Below are positions 22,389 through 36,210 of a DNA stretch of 64,000 bases, piece by piece. The position numbers and the translations under genes were made by a program. This DNA is from Epithemia pelagica (taxonomy: Eukaryota; Protista; Bacillariophyta): positions 1,426,001 through 1,490,000 of the forward strand of contig OX337238.1 in assembly GCA_946965045.2 (NCBI GenBank), written 5' to 3'. The notes under the pieces were generated by a model. It saw nothing but the letters and a program-made list of their open reading frames with translations, was not told the DNA's origin and did no database searches. How positions within the stretch are numbered: position 1 is the stretch's first letter; every line of letters begins with the position of its first letter.

Positions 22389-24758
22389 TCATGCAGTGTT
22401 GAGAATTGAACCGGCCGTCTTCAAAAATTTTGCACTGCGCTCATTCCGGACGGTCAAGTTCAAGGCTCTCAACGATTTCATGGTTTGCTCGCGACGATCT
22501 AAAAAGCACGTAGTATCAGGGTTTCGCTCATAGAACCCTTGCCAAGGAATCGGCACACCTGTGCTCAAGGCACAAATGGTAAACAGCAATGATGCGGTAT
22601 CGTGTTTCGGCATGGGACGCCAAGCCGTCCTGTTCCGCTTTTGGTGCACTTCTCGATGGGCAAATGCAAGGCTGCCTCGAAAACCCATGGCTTTTTCACC
22701 AACCCCATAAACTGAGCAACCCCAGTCAATGAGGACAAACTTTTTACATTTTTTGTCAAAAATGATGTTTCGAGCACAGACATCCAAATGGAAGACATTC
22801 CGTCCATGCGCAAAGTCCAAAGCAGACTGGATATCTGTGTATAGGCACTGCAGTTGCTCCTTATCAAGCTTGCCGTTCACGAGGGATCCTTTTGGTGAGA
22901 ACGTGAAGGCAGGGACGTTGATCGTAGTTCCTCGAATCGTGTAGCAGATGCTTCCGAAGTCTTTAAGCACTGGAATCGACGGTCGATCGGAGTCAGGTTT
23001 TTCGTTAAGAGCCCTCAGAGCTCTCAGCTCCCTTTCGATGTATTGAACCTCCCCCACGACGGAAGATTTCACTACGAAGTTCTCATTTTTTGTTCCTCTG
23101 TTTTCCACCTCCTTTCCTTGGTACACAATCCCATGCGTTCCGTATCCAATGACATCATGAAGTTCTAGCGGCTGTACCTGTGCAACATGTGTAGATTGAT
23201 TGTGCACATGGTAGGTGGCATTTGCTGCCGAGTCTCCACCGAAGAACTGCAACCCAAGAACTTTGTCGTCTGAACAAACCAGTCTGAACAGCTCCTGCAT
23301 CCCGACCGGCACAGACGTATTGTTGGCAGGAAAAGGACAAGAGGCATTTCTCGTTAGATATTTTTGGTCGCCTTCTTTTGTGACAAACTTCTTCAAGGCA
23401 ACTTCCGAAACCAAGGGGAGAATTCCAGATCGCTCGACATCCAGGGACACGTCGCCGGTGTCCATTCCTGACAAGGTCATTGTTATCACCTCCAAATAAA
23501 CCGGAGTGATAGCCAGAGCAATGGACTTGAGATTAATACCCACTCCACCAAGATTGAAGGCAACAAGAGTCCGCTTCGCCAGATGACCTACGCATTGATG
23601 AATGGCCTCCTTATGTGTGTCTTGGGGTTTTTTCGTCCCGCGTCTAACGTTTTTGGCTTCCACAAGTAATGACATTTCATGAGCAAGAAGATAAGGATTG
23701 AAAGCCATGAGCTGATTGACTTCATAGTCCACAAATCGCTTGGTACCATAACTACCCGTTTTTGGAATATAGCGCTCCTTTCGCACATCGGATCGAACCG
23801 CCGGCTCCAATGTGTATTTGACACGCTCCTGTTGCCATGCCGGCACCGCTGCTGCTGGCACCGCGACATCCTGCTCGATTCCGTCTTCCTCGTCCGCCGT
23901 ATTCTCGGCAGTGCCGATGAGTGACAAGGCTCGAAACAGACACGCTAGGATAGGCTGTACCGCATTCTTCTCCGCTGATGAGTAGGATGGAAACGTGCAT
24001 TTGCATTTCTTGTCTGCCGCCTGAGTGTTCCATCCGAGAATGTGGCTGACAGTCCTGCTGATTTGTGCGCTTGTTGGGTTCTCGTTGATATTTGACTGTT
24101 TCATGGTGTCATTCCAAAAGGAGGCAAACTTAAGCAAATTTGCAGGTTGCGTGTCTTGTTTCGGAGGGGCTTTAACAGCGGCGAGATGTTTTTCGGCCAT
24201 CTGTTGTTTACTGCCAGGGCTGTTGATGTGAACACCCCTCATCATGTACTCAAAATGCTCTTTGGTGCAGTCATCCTCGGTTGCAATGACGGCTGAGTTT
24301 ATCTCTGTTTTGTTTGCAAAATCAGCCATGGTCTTGAGGTCGTCGCTCACTCCTGAGAACTTCTTCATGGTCGTTTCTAGTGGCTCGGCAACGTCGTTAA
24401 ACAGAAAAAGATGTAAAGCCCAATAATCAGGGTAACCATCATCACTTGAAAAACTTTGCAACTTTTGGATATGCAAATTGGGGAACCGAGCTTTTAGACT
24501 GTTTAGATTTCTCCCCGAGAGGAACTCCTCGAGACTTGTTCTTTGTCCTTCGTCCACCTCGTTTCGTCCAGATGCAAGTCCAGAAACCACGCGAAGGTGA
24601 AGGCGGACTTCCGCATATATGTTTTGTATTTCAGTGATTGTTGTTTCTTTTGCATGGAAGGTACGCAAGTGGCGTGTCACAGAATCCATGTCCGAGTATT
24701 CTTCGCGATCCCCGAGATGATCTTTCTTGCGCTTTCTGGTACGACGGAAACTTGCCAT
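22389..24758 (-). CDS. Nuclease-kinase fusion, unit 3 (S59, N286)
   Basis: Intact 789-aa ORF. Confidence 0.9.
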   Translation of the reverse strand: MASFRRTRKRKKDHLGDREEYSDMDSVTRHLRTFHAKETTITEIQNIYAEVRLHLRVVSGLASGRNEVDEGQRTSLEEFLSGRNLNSLKARFPNLHIQKLQSFSSDDGYPDYWALHLFLFNDVAEPLETTMKKFSGVSDDLKTMADFANKTEINSAVIATEDDCTKEHFEYMMRGVHINSPGSKQQMAEKHLAAVKAPPKQDTQPANLLKFASFWNDTMKQSNINENPTSAQISRTVSHILGWNTQAADKKCKCTFPSYSSAEKNAVQPILACLFRALSLIGTAENTADEEDGIEQDVAVPAAAVPAWQQERVKYTLEPAVRSDVRKERYIPKTGSYGTKRFVDYEVNQLMAFNPYLLAHEMSLLVEAKNVRRGTKKPQDTHKEAIHQCVGHLAKRTLVAFNLGGVGINLKSIALAITPVYLEVITMTLSGMDTGDVSLDVERSGILPLVSEVALKKFVTKEGDQKYLTRNASCPFPANNTSVPVGMQELFRLVCSDDKVLGLQFFGGDSAANATYHVHNQSTHVAQVQPLELHDVIGYGTHGIVYQGKEVENRGTKNENFVVKSSVVGEVQYIERELRALRALNEKPDSDRPSIPVLKDFGSICYTIRGTTINVPAFTFSPKGSLVNGKLDKEQLQCLYTDIQSALDFAHGRNVFHLDVCARNIIFDKKCKKFVLIDWGCSVYGVGEKAMGFRGSLAFAHREVHQKRNRTAWRPMPKHDTASLLFTICALSTGVPIPWQGFYERNPDTTCFLDRREQTMKSLRALNLTVRNERSAKFLKTAGSILNTA

Positions 24759-27700
24759 TGTTGCTCTCGTGTCCTGACCAATCTGCTGTGTCGTTTATGA
24801 CAACCCAACGCCACCACCCAACCCCCCCAACTAGTCCACCCCCAACTCCTCCACCCCCCAAATAAATCTTGGTGTCTTCTCCGTTGCGCTCGTCGTTCGC
24901 CGTCGTTCGTGGGTAGAGGTACCCCCTAGCATAAGGGGGTCTCCAGGTTAATCGTACTCAGATTACACCCATACCCATTCACGAGCAGGACTCACGCCTC
25001 TGCTAGGGGTAATGGCATGGCCGGCGTGGTGGTTGACACGCGTCGTCGTGATGATATGGAGTGTGTGGGCAGGTGCGTGCACCCGGGATTCCCTGATACG
25101 ACTCCAATTCAGGAATACAACGTCACCCAGACCCGGGTTTTTCTTTCATGTTCGACGAGAAATTCTATCGGAGCTCTAGCTAACCTTACGCCTCATCCCA
25201 GCTCTAGAGCAATATCCTCCGAAACTCTATCTGGCACTCTCTATTCTACCTCCATACTTACCCCCAAGCGGAAGGGCGAGCGAGAATTCAGTGCGCATTC
25301 TCATACTCACCCCCAAGGCGCGATCCGCAAAATCGGCGATTTTCGCCGTCTTTGACAAAAAATCACAACAACAACAACGCAATCACTACGATACGGATCT
25401 TGTTGCGGTTGTTACAACACCCATGGGCCCTCCCCATCCGACCCGAGTTGTTTGCCCTGTCCATAGCAACCCAAGGGACCATCCTGGCGTGGAAACCGAC
25501 CACTCCGACCTGCTGATTCCAGTTACATCTCAGTACCAAGACACTGCAATGGGAAGCAACAACAACCCGAATGAAAACCATCCATCCGACACCCTCCCAA
25601 TCCCACCCGTGTTGTTGATACTATCTCTACCCACCTCATGGACCGTCCTGGCCTGGAAACCAACCCGTCGGCGCTACACGAGGCCATCAACTCCGCTTTC
25701 CGTTGTTAGGATTCTCACCAAAAACTAGGTGGCGAAACCTAAGGTACAACTCTCATCGAATGATGCTAGTATTTTATGGCATCCGTGTTAGAATTCTCAC
25801 CGTCTATGGTGGTTAGATTCTACATCTCATCGATTCCCCATGTCACATAGCCTCATGCTATCGCATCATGCCATCTAGCTTCGAGCTATGTTCCCTAGCT
25901 TCGCGCTATATCGACCTATATTTCTTCGCAAATCATGAAAAGTAAGAATAGATTGACGAACTCACTCTCAAGACTAAACTGGGTCGTGCGGTATTACAAC
26001 GGACGTAAATTTGGCCGTTGCTCGGACATTATACTAACGCCCTAAGCGTACGCGCCCGAAATCATCGAGCGCGCCCAAGCGACATCCGATGGCCTTGATA
26101 CTACTCCCAGCTAAAAGCTAAAGGTATAAGGTGGAATTCAAACTTCGAACCCCAGGAACGTACGTCATTCCCTTCCTCCAAGTCTAGGCACTGTGGTCAA
26201 CGAGTTTTGTGTTGTGAGAATGATTCACCTGTGGTGAGAAACCAAACAACAACGACTGTGCGAGTTCCTGGAATGGTATCATGACCAACGCGCATGTCAA
26301 ACGCTGAACCGAAAACGCCACCACGTAGAAGGTCTAACGCAGTGGGATACTTGGTTGGTCATGAGAACTACCAGCACACGTCTCGATGGCATGTCATGGA
26401 GCGATTCATCGTCCAGTTACGTTCATCGATGGTCCTCTCCGGGGAGAAACCATTGCTGCGCAAGGGTACCAACTTAGTAGAATTCCGTCAGTACACGCTC
26501 TAGAAGAGCCACAATCGATTACCAACTGATACCAAGGTTCTCCACGGGTCAGAGAACAAAGGAAACCCAAGGGTTCTATCGTAGGGATAGTCAGGACACT
26601 GAAGACGTGATGATATGGTAATGTTAATGATTGTGAGCTTACTACTAGGTTTGGTGTGTGAGGTTTCCATTCTTGTTGTCGATCGTGTGAAATAGGTTCT
26701 TGGCGGTGATAGGACTGGAATGGTTGGAGTTGATGTATGTGAGGTATATAACATGTATATGTGCTTGTATATCATATACAGCCTCAACGATTCTTGGCTA
26801 AAGTTGGTATATGTAGTTTTGTTGGCGCGTCCTTGTTCGCAATCTTGAAATAGTGGGAACGATGATGTGGTCCCGTGTGATCGTGATTCGAGCCTTGTGT
26901 ACTTAGACCGTTGGGTCGGATACATGATCGCCACGCTCTGATAGTTCTTGCGCGCATCTTGACGAATTTGGGCGCGCACGCTTAGGGCATAGGTCAGGCT
27001 CGGATGTTCAACCGATGATCATCCGTTGATGGGATATCAAGACCAAAGTTGATTCTTGATAGCACGTTTGTCAATCTGTTCTCACTTTTTGGTATATGCG
27101 ACCGAAATATAGGTTGAGCTAGCGCAAAGCTAGGTATGTAGTGTGGATGTAGGTGATGTAGGTGATGTTTGAAGCCACGGGACTCGACTAACCGATGAGG
27201 TGCCGAACCTAACCGATGATTTTCGGTGAGAGTTCTACTACAACTGATTTGGAGGATGCCATTGTCGTACCAAAACTACATTTGGTGTGGAGACGTGTAG
27301 TGCGCGCAAGCCGATGGAGCTCACGCAGAAGCGTAGTTGGACATGCCTCTGTTGTATTCGACCGAGGGCAGTTCCGCTACCGTGGTGCATGTCTCTCTCG
27401 TTTGCCCTTGCACGGGCATAGAGGTGGACGGCGATACATGGTTTTCACGGTTTGTGGAGGACACACAATGTGAAGAGTCGAATACGATTTCACTCTTGTG
27501 GGGAAAATTCCCTTGAGCAGAGTGGTCCTTCTACTACAGTAGAGCAAGTCGAGAAGTGTTGGGAACAAAGCGTACCCTTTCACCACGAGACTCGGGTCAT
27601 AGGTTATCAAGGTAGGTAGTTGATTCCTAGTTGAGAGCCAACAATTTTCCACCTCCCAATTGGTCGAGCAAATCCACAGATCCTCGATTGAATATAAAAT

Positions 27701-28008
27701 GTCCTTTCCAAAGACCGAATCTGGTATCATGTGTCGCTCACAGTTTCAGTACACAGCAAATAGGGAGTACACAGCAACCTGGAATGCTACCTCTCTTCCT
27801 CTTTCGTTTTGCCACGCAGTCTCGTCGTGTATCGCCTACAGCGAAAGATACTTCTTGGGGCTTGTCATGTAGTCTATGTGCGATTGACTCACCTGCACCA
27901 TCGTACGCATGACAGGCACACCTTGCTCTTCCACGCGTTGCTGTCTATTAGATTGTACAGACTCTCTCGTGCTGCCATTTCTTGTCGACGTTGTAAAGCG
28001 CCGTGACC

Positions 28009-29228
28009 ATGCCCACGACATTGAAAGACCAAGCATGGCAGTCGGGCCTTGTCCTGTTGAACGAGACACCAGAGTGAAATCTAAATGACTGGACTCCTCT
28101 TGTGGGTGGATGGCGTTTGCGTCATGCTTCTGTCGTACATGATCATCCTGATCAGGACATGAACAACCACAACAACAACAACAAGAGACAAACGGTCGTC
28201 GTGTTGGGAGGAATCGACGAAGGATATTATAGTACCAATTCCGTTCTGGTCCTAAATTTATCAGAGTTGGACAAACAGTGGCGAGAAGGGCCACCAATAA
28301 ACAAGGCACGTTGTGGACACGCCGCTGTTGTGTGCAACGGAGGCGTCTACGTGATAGGAGGATACCATGACAATGAAGACAATGACGCAACTGCTACTTT
28401 AGGTTTCATGGAAAGAATTGATGCCAACGATATGCTGCAATCATTTTCGACAACAAGAAGCACATATGAGAGCCATTGAACGACATTAAATTGCCGATTA
28501 TCAACGGAACGACAAGGATGTTGTGCTGTTGTGGTTCACAATCGATATATTGTGGTAATGGGTGGAAGGAACAGCGGGCAACACTTATGGTCGGTGGATA
28601 TAATTGATGCCAGTACTCACACTGTCGCTGCAGCGCCATGCATGAACGTTACTCGATCAAATTTTGCCAGTGCGGTCATTGGTCACTGTATCTTAGTCGC
28701 TGGAGGCCAAAACGATGAGGGAAGACATGATTCCGTGGAGTATTTGGACTTCGCGGAGGAGAGGAAAGACGACACTTTGACTACAGTCATTTCCTTCTCG
28801 TCAACATGGATGACTCATTGCTCTCCATTGCACAAGGGTGTTGTGGAATGGTTGCCGTGGGATCTTGTCTGGTTGTGGCGGGAGTAGAATCTCGAAGGGT
28901 GCAAGTCTTGGATACGCACCGCAACCGCATGTGGAATCTCCCGCGATTAAGAAATGATGCTCTAAGCCGTGGTATGGTGGCTGCTGTTGATCGAATTGCC
29001 GTGATTGGTGGATGGGGCTATCCGTCCTGTGGGACATTACCACTTATGGATAGGAATTCGTGGTGTTTTCGTCAACTCTGTCAGCAGCAACCCAGCGGAT
29101 GGTATCATTTTCGGGAAGGAATGGATACCCAACATGGTGATATTTTACCCTTGTCCAAATCGACCTCAGCTCGTAAACGCGCAAGGCCCAATACGCTCCG
29201 TGGTGATGAAGGGAAGGATGAAGCCTAG
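28009..29228 (+). pseudogene. Kelch-repeat pseudogene, unit 4
   Basis: Copy of 3403-4622. Confidence 0.85.
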
Positions 29229-30590
29229 ACGTTTTGTTTAAGTCGTTGACTTGTTTTCAATGTTCGATTGCAATCGTAGAACCTAGTAAGTGGCTACTCA
29301 AAAGAAGAAAGAACACGTTGCAAGATAGAATGTATTTGTTTGTTATCAAAGGCGTGGAAGGAATGACCCAGCTTTGTGTGTCTACAAGTGGTACTGCGCT
29401 TTGGTGGCCTTACCTGTGGTGACCTGACAGTTGTGGGACAGAGCCACCACCGTGGTGGTGCGGGTCGTGCGACAAGAATCGGGGGCGTTGTGGTGGCACT
29501 TTGCAGGACAAAGTCATTGTCCAAACACAGAGTCATTGTCCATGGATCGGTAGACGCCAGAATCCGACAGTGGTGGTGAATTCCAGAAAGGAAGAGTTTT
29601 GTATAAATGTCGTAGTCAAGGACAATCCGCCATTTTGTGTCCATTACGATTTTGCAGGAGTGCCGAGTTCTATTCTTGTTCGTGACAGGGCAGTTCCATA
29701 CCTGTTTCTAGACATGGTGGTTGCTAGGATTGTCATGGGGGTTCCGTCCTGTCGTTTCTTGGTGGCATGTGATGCTGCTGCTACGACACAAGTTTTGCTG
29801 TTGACCACGACCAATCATCTGTCATACCACCCAAACAATATATACTGGAAGACGGTGGAGGAAGACACTCCGCAGTGGTCGGTAGCGGTAGTATTGGTGG
29901 ACTTTGTGTCTACTGGGTTAAGTCAGAACTTCTTTCCGCCACATATGGGTGGGGCGACGCCAATGCGGAACCGGGGGAATATTGTGGTGGGGGATAGGTG
30001 GTCCCGGTCGCTTTGGCAAAGCAGTCCCATTTCGCATCATCCTTCACAATGGCATTCCAGTCCAAGCGGGGAAAGGATTTGGTCATGTACTCTTTGATTT
30101 CCGGTCCCGTGGTGAGGGACCAGATTTTGTGATTGGGTCGCGTAATGATATTGGCCGGTCGAATCAAAGTGGGATCCTTGACGTGCAAGAGTCCCAAACT
30201 CAACCCTTGGTCGCCGGTATTGACGGATCGAAATCGAATGACAGAGGTCATAAGTATTAATCGAGCATTATACGTTATATGCATGGAATACTGAATTCTG
30301 TGACGCCGCAGAGTGTGTTGGCGCAAGTAGCAAAGGTTTTTCTTTCAATTACGAGTATCATACAAGATAACGAATTGAAGATGCCTTCTTCAAGAATGCT
30401 GCACTGCGGAATGGTACTCCTAGATATAAAACTAATAGTAGCAACAGAACCCAATCCAACTACTCTAGTGGCACTATTGCATCTAGCATATCCCCCCTTG
30501 CCAATACATGTTCCGAGTCGACGGGTCGATTTCCCCCGTTTCCGTCAGGATGGGTTTGTTGGGTTCTACCCATCAAAGATTTTTCAAGAA

Positions 30591-32960
30591 TCATGCAGTG
30601 TTGAGAATTGAACCGGCCGTCTTCAAAAATTTTGCACTGCGCTCATTCCGGACGGTCAAGTTCAAGGCTCTCAACGATTTCATGGTTTGCTCGCGACGAT
30701 CTAAAAAGCACGTAGTATCAGGGTTTCGCTCATAGAACCCTTGCCAAGGAATCGGCACACCTGTGCTCAAGGCACAAATGGTAAACAGCAATGATGCGGT
30801 ATCGTGTTTCGGCATGGGACGCCAAGCCGTCCTGTTCCGCTTTTGGTGCACTTCTCGATGGGCAAATGCAAGGCTGCCTCGAAAACCCATGGCTTTTTCA
30901 CCAACCCCATAAACTGAGCAACCCCAGTCAATGAGGACAAACTTTTTACATTTTTTGTCAAAAATGATGTTTCGAGCACAGACATCCAAATGGAAGACAT
31001 TCCGTCCATGCGCAAAGTCCAAAGCAGACTGGATATCTGTGTATAGGCACTGCAGTTGCTCCTTATCAAGCTTGCCGTTCACGAGGGATCCTTTTGGTGA
31101 GAACGTGAAGGCAGGGACGTTGATCGTAGTTCCTCGAATCGTGTAGCAGATGCTTCCGAAGTCTTTAAGCACTGGAATCGACGGTCGATCGGAGTCAGGT
31201 TTTTCGTTAAGAGCCCTCAGAGCTCTCAGCTCCCTTTCGATGTATTGAACCTCCCCCACGACGGAAGATTTCACTACGAAGTTCTCATTTTTTGTTCCTC
31301 TGTTTTCCACCTCCTTTCCTTGGTACACAATCCCATGCGTTCCGTATCCAATGACATCATGAAGTTCTAGCGGCTGTACCTGTGCAACATGTGTAGATTG
31401 ATTGTGCACATGGTAGGTGGCATTTGCTGCCGAGTCTCCACCGAAGAACTGCAACCCAAGAACTTTGTCGTCTGAACAAACCAGTCTGAACAGCTCCTGC
31501 ATCCCGACCGGCACAGACGTATTGTTGGCAGGAAAAGGACAAGAGGCATTTCTCGTTAGATATTTTTGGTCGCCTTCTTTTGTGACAAACTTCTTCAAGG
31601 CAACTTCCGAAACCAAGGGGAGAATTCCAGATCGCTCGACATCCAGGGACACGTCGCCGGTGTCCATTCCTGACAAGGTCATTGTTATCACCTCCAAATA
31701 AACCGGAGTGATAGCCAGAGCAATGGACTTGAGATTAATACCCACTCCACCAAGATTGAAGGCAACAAGAGTCCGCTTCGCCAGATGACCTACGCATTGA
31801 TGAATGGCCTCCTTATGTGTGTCTTGGGGTTTTTTCGTCCCGCGTCTAACGTTTTTGGCTTCCACAAGTAATGACATTTCATGAGCAAGAAGATAAGGAT
31901 TGAAAGCCATGAGCTGATTGACTTCATAGTCCACAAATCGCTTGGTACCATAACTACCCGTTTTTGGAATATAGCGCTCCTTTCGCACATCGGATCGAAC
32001 CGCCGGCTCCAATGTGTATTTGACACGCTCCTGTTGCCATGCCGGCACCGCTGCTGCTGGCACCGCGACATCCTGCTCGATTCCGTCTTCCTCGTCCGCC
32101 GTATTCTCGGCAGTGCCGATGAGTGACAAGGCTCGAAACAGACACGCTAGGATAGGCTGTACCGCATTCTTCTCCGCTGATGAGTAGGATGGAAACGTGC
32201 ATTTGCATTTCTTGTCTGCCGCCTGAGTGTTCCATCCGAGAATGTGGCTGACAGTCCTGCTGATTTGTGCGCTTGTTGGGTTCTCGTTGATATTTGACTG
32301 TTTCATGGTGTCATTCCAAAAGGAGGCAAACTTAAGCAAATTTGCAGGTTGCGTGTCTTGTTTCGGAGGGGCTTTAACAGCGGCGAGATGTTTTTCGGCC
32401 ATCTGTTGTTTACTGCCAGGGCTGTTGATGTGAACACCCCTCATCATGTACTCAAAATGCTCTTTGGTGCAGTCATCCTCGGTTGCAATGACGGCTGAGT
32501 TTATCTCTGTTTTGTTTGCAAAATCAGCCATGGTCTTGAGGTCGTCGCTCACTCCTGAGAACTTCTTCATGGTCGTTTCTAGTGGCTCGGCAACGTCGTT
32601 AAACAGAAAAAGATGTAAAGCCCAATAATCAGGGTAACCATCATCACTTGAAAAACTTTGCAACTTTTGGATATGCAAATTGGGGAACCGAGCTTTTAGA
32701 CTGTTTAGATTTCTCCCCGAGCGGAACTCCTCGAGACTTGTTCTTTGTCCTTCGTCCACCTCGTTTCGTCCAGATGCAAGTCCAGAAACCACGCGAAGGT
32801 GAAGGCGGACTTCCGCATATATGTTTTGTATTTCAGTGATTGTTGTTTCTTTTGCATGGAAGGTACGCAAGTGGCGTGTCACAGAATCCATGTCCGAGTA
32901 TTCTTCGCGATCCCCGAGATGATCTTTCTTGCGCTTTCTGGTACGACGGAAACTTGCCAT
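30591..32960 (-). CDS. Nuclease-kinase fusion, unit 4 (S59, R80, N286)
   Basis: Intact 789-aa ORF with a private L80R change. Confidence 0.9.
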   Translation of the reverse strand: MASFRRTRKRKKDHLGDREEYSDMDSVTRHLRTFHAKETTITEIQNIYAEVRLHLRVVSGLASGRNEVDEGQRTSLEEFRSGRNLNSLKARFPNLHIQKLQSFSSDDGYPDYWALHLFLFNDVAEPLETTMKKFSGVSDDLKTMADFANKTEINSAVIATEDDCTKEHFEYMMRGVHINSPGSKQQMAEKHLAAVKAPPKQDTQPANLLKFASFWNDTMKQSNINENPTSAQISRTVSHILGWNTQAADKKCKCTFPSYSSAEKNAVQPILACLFRALSLIGTAENTADEEDGIEQDVAVPAAAVPAWQQERVKYTLEPAVRSDVRKERYIPKTGSYGTKRFVDYEVNQLMAFNPYLLAHEMSLLVEAKNVRRGTKKPQDTHKEAIHQCVGHLAKRTLVAFNLGGVGINLKSIALAITPVYLEVITMTLSGMDTGDVSLDVERSGILPLVSEVALKKFVTKEGDQKYLTRNASCPFPANNTSVPVGMQELFRLVCSDDKVLGLQFFGGDSAANATYHVHNQSTHVAQVQPLELHDVIGYGTHGIVYQGKEVENRGTKNENFVVKSSVVGEVQYIERELRALRALNEKPDSDRPSIPVLKDFGSICYTIRGTTINVPAFTFSPKGSLVNGKLDKEQLQCLYTDIQSALDFAHGRNVFHLDVCARNIIFDKKCKKFVLIDWGCSVYGVGEKAMGFRGSLAFAHREVHQKRNRTAWRPMPKHDTASLLFTICALSTGVPIPWQGFYERNPDTTCFLDRREQTMKSLRALNLTVRNERSAKFLKTAGSILNTA

Positions 32961-35900
32961 TGTTGCTCTCGTGTCCTGACCAATCTGCTGTGTCGTTTAT
33001 GACAACCCAACGCCACCACCCAACCCCCCCAACTAGTCCACCCCCAACTCCTCCACCCCCCAAATAAATCTTGGTGTCTTCTCCGTTGCGCTCGTCGTTC
33101 GCCGTCGTTCGTGGGTAGAGGTACCCCCTAGCATAAGGGGGTCTCCAGGTTAATCGTACTCAGATTACACCCATACCCATTCACGAGCAGGACTCACGCC
33201 TCTGCTAGGGGTAATGGCATGGCCGGCGTGGTGGTTGACACGCGTCGTCGTGATGATATGGAGTGTGTGGGCAGGTGCGTGCACCCGGGATTCCCTGATA
33301 CGACTCCAATTCAGGAATACAACGTCACCCAGACCCGGGTTTTTCTTTCATGTTCGACGAGAAATTCTATCGGAGCTCTAGCTAACCTTACGCCTCATCC
33401 CAGCTCTAGAGCAATATCCTCCGAAACTCTATCTGGCACTCTCTATTCTACCTCCATACTTACCCCCAAGCGGAAGGGCGAGCGAGAATTCAGTGCGCAT
33501 TCTCATACTCACCCCCAAGGCGCGATCCGCAAAATCGGCGATTTTCGCCGTCTTTGACAAAAAATCACAACAACAACAACGCAATCACTACGATACGGAT
33601 CTTGTTGCGGTTGTTACAACACCCATGGGCCCTCCCCATCCGACCCGAGTTGTTTGCCCTGTCCATAGCAACCCAAGGGACCATCCTGGCGTGGAAACCG
33701 ACCACTCCGACCTGCTGATTCCAGTTACATCTCAGTACCAAGACACTGCAATGGGAAGCAACAACAACCCGAATGAAAACCATCCATCCGACACCCTCCC
33801 AATCCCACCCGTGTTGTTGATACTATCTCTACCCACCTCATGGACCGTCCTGGCCTGGAAACCAACCCGTCGGCGCTACACGAGGCCATCAACTCCGCTT
33901 TCCGTTGTTAGGATTCTCACCAAAAACTAGGTGGCGAAACCTAAGGTACAACTCTCATCGAATGATGCTAGTATTTTATGGCATCCGTGTTAGAATTCTC
34001 ACCGTCTATGGTGGTTAGATTCTACATCTCATCGATTCCCCATGTCACATAGCCTCATGCTATCGCATCATGCCATCTAGCTTCGAGCTATGTTCCCTAG
34101 CTTCGCGCTATATCGACCTATATTTCTTCGCAAATCATGAAAAGTAAGAATAGATTGACGAACTCACTCTCAAGACTAAACTGGGTCGTGCGGTATTACA
34201 ACGGACGTAAATTTGGCCGTTGCTCGGACATTATACTAACGCCCTAAGCGTACGCGCCCGAAATCATCGAGCGCGCCCAAGCGACATCCGATGGCCTTGA
34301 TACTACTCCCAGCTAAAAGCTAAAGGTATAAGGTGGAATTCAAACTTCGAACCCCAGGAACGTACGTCATTCCCTTCCTCCAAGTCTAGGCACTGTGGTC
34401 AACGAGTTTTGTGTTGTGAGAATGATTCACCTGTGGTGAGAAACCAAACAACAACGACTGTGCGAGTTCCTGGAATGGTATCATGACCAACGCGCATGTC
34501 AAACGCTGAACCGAAAACGCCACCACGTAGAAGGTCTAACGCAGTGGGATACTTGGTTGGTCATGAGAACTACCAGCACACGTCTCGATGGCATGTCATG
34601 GAGCGATTCATCGTCCAGTTACGTTCATCGATGGTCCTCTCCGGGGAGAAACCATTGCTGCGCAAGGGTACCAACTTAGTAGAATTCCGTCAGTACACGC
34701 TCTAGAAGAGCCACAATCGATTACCAACTGATACCAAGGTTCTCCACGGGTCAGAGAACAAAGGAAACCCAAGGGTTCTATCGTAGGGATAGTCAGGACA
34801 CTGAAGACGTGATGATATGGTAATGTTAATGATTGTGAGCTTACTACTAGGTTTGGTGTGTGAGGTTTCCATTCTTGTTGTCGATCGTGTGAAATAGGTT
34901 CTTGGCGGTGATAGGACTGGAATGGTTGGAGTTGATGTATGTGAGGTATATAACATGTATATGTGCTTGTATATCATATACAGCCTCAACGATTCTTGGC
35001 TAAAGTTGGTATATGTAGTTTTGTTGGCGCGTCCTTGTTCGCAATCTTGAAATAGTGGGAACGATGATGTGGTCCCGTGTGATCGTGATTCGAGCCTTGT
35101 GTACTTAGACCGTTGGGTCGGATACATGATCGCCACGCTCTGATAGTTCTTGCGCGCATCTTGACGAATTTGGGCGCGCACGCTTAGGGCATAGGTCAGG
35201 CTCGGATGTTCAACCGATGATCATCCGTTGATGGGATATCAAGACCAAAGTTGATTCTTGATAGCACGTTTGTCAATCTGTTCTCACTTTTTGGTATATG
35301 CGACCGAAATATAGGTTGAGCTAGCGCAAAGCTAGGTATGTAGTGTGGATGTAGGTGATGTAGGTGATGTTTGAAGCCACGGGACTCGACTAACCGATGA
35401 GGTGCCGAACCTAACCGATGATTTTCGGTGAGAGTTCTACTACAACTGATTTGGAGGATGCCATTGTCGTACCAAAACTACATTTGGTGTGGAGACGTGT
35501 AGTGCGCGCAAGCCGATGGAGCTCACGCAGAAGCGTAGTTGGACATGCCTCTGTTGTATTCGACCGAGGGCAGTTCCGCTACCGTGGTGCATGTCTCTCT
35601 CGTTTGCCCTTGCACGGGCATAGAGGTGGACGGCGATACATGGTTTTCACGGTTTGTGGAGGACACACAATGTGAAGAGTCGAATACGATTTCACTCTTG
35701 TGGGGAAAATTCCCTTGAGCAGAGTGGTCCTTCTACTACAGTAGAGCAAGTCGAGAAGTGTTGGGAACAAAGCGTACCCTTTCACCACGAGACTCGGGTC
35801 ATAGGTTATCAAGGTAGGTAGTTGATTCCTAGTTGAGAGCCAACAATTTTCCACCTCCCAATTGGTCGAGCAAATCCACAGATCCTCGATTGAATATAAA

Positions 35901-36210
35901 ATGTCCTTTCCAAAGACCGAATCTGGTATCATGTGTCGCTCACAGTTTCAGTACACAGCAAATAGGGAGTACACAGCAACCTGGAATGCTACCTCTCTTC
36001 CTCTTTCGTTTTGCCACGCAGTCTCGTCGTGTATCGCCTACAGCGAAAGATACTTCTTGGGGCTTGTCATGTAGTCTATGTGCGATTGACTCACCTGCAC
36101 CATCGTACGCATGACAGGCACACCTTGCTCTTCCACGCGTTGCTGTCTATTAGATTGTACAGACTCTCTCGTGCTGCCATTTCTTGTCGACGTTGTAAAG
36201 CGCCGTGACC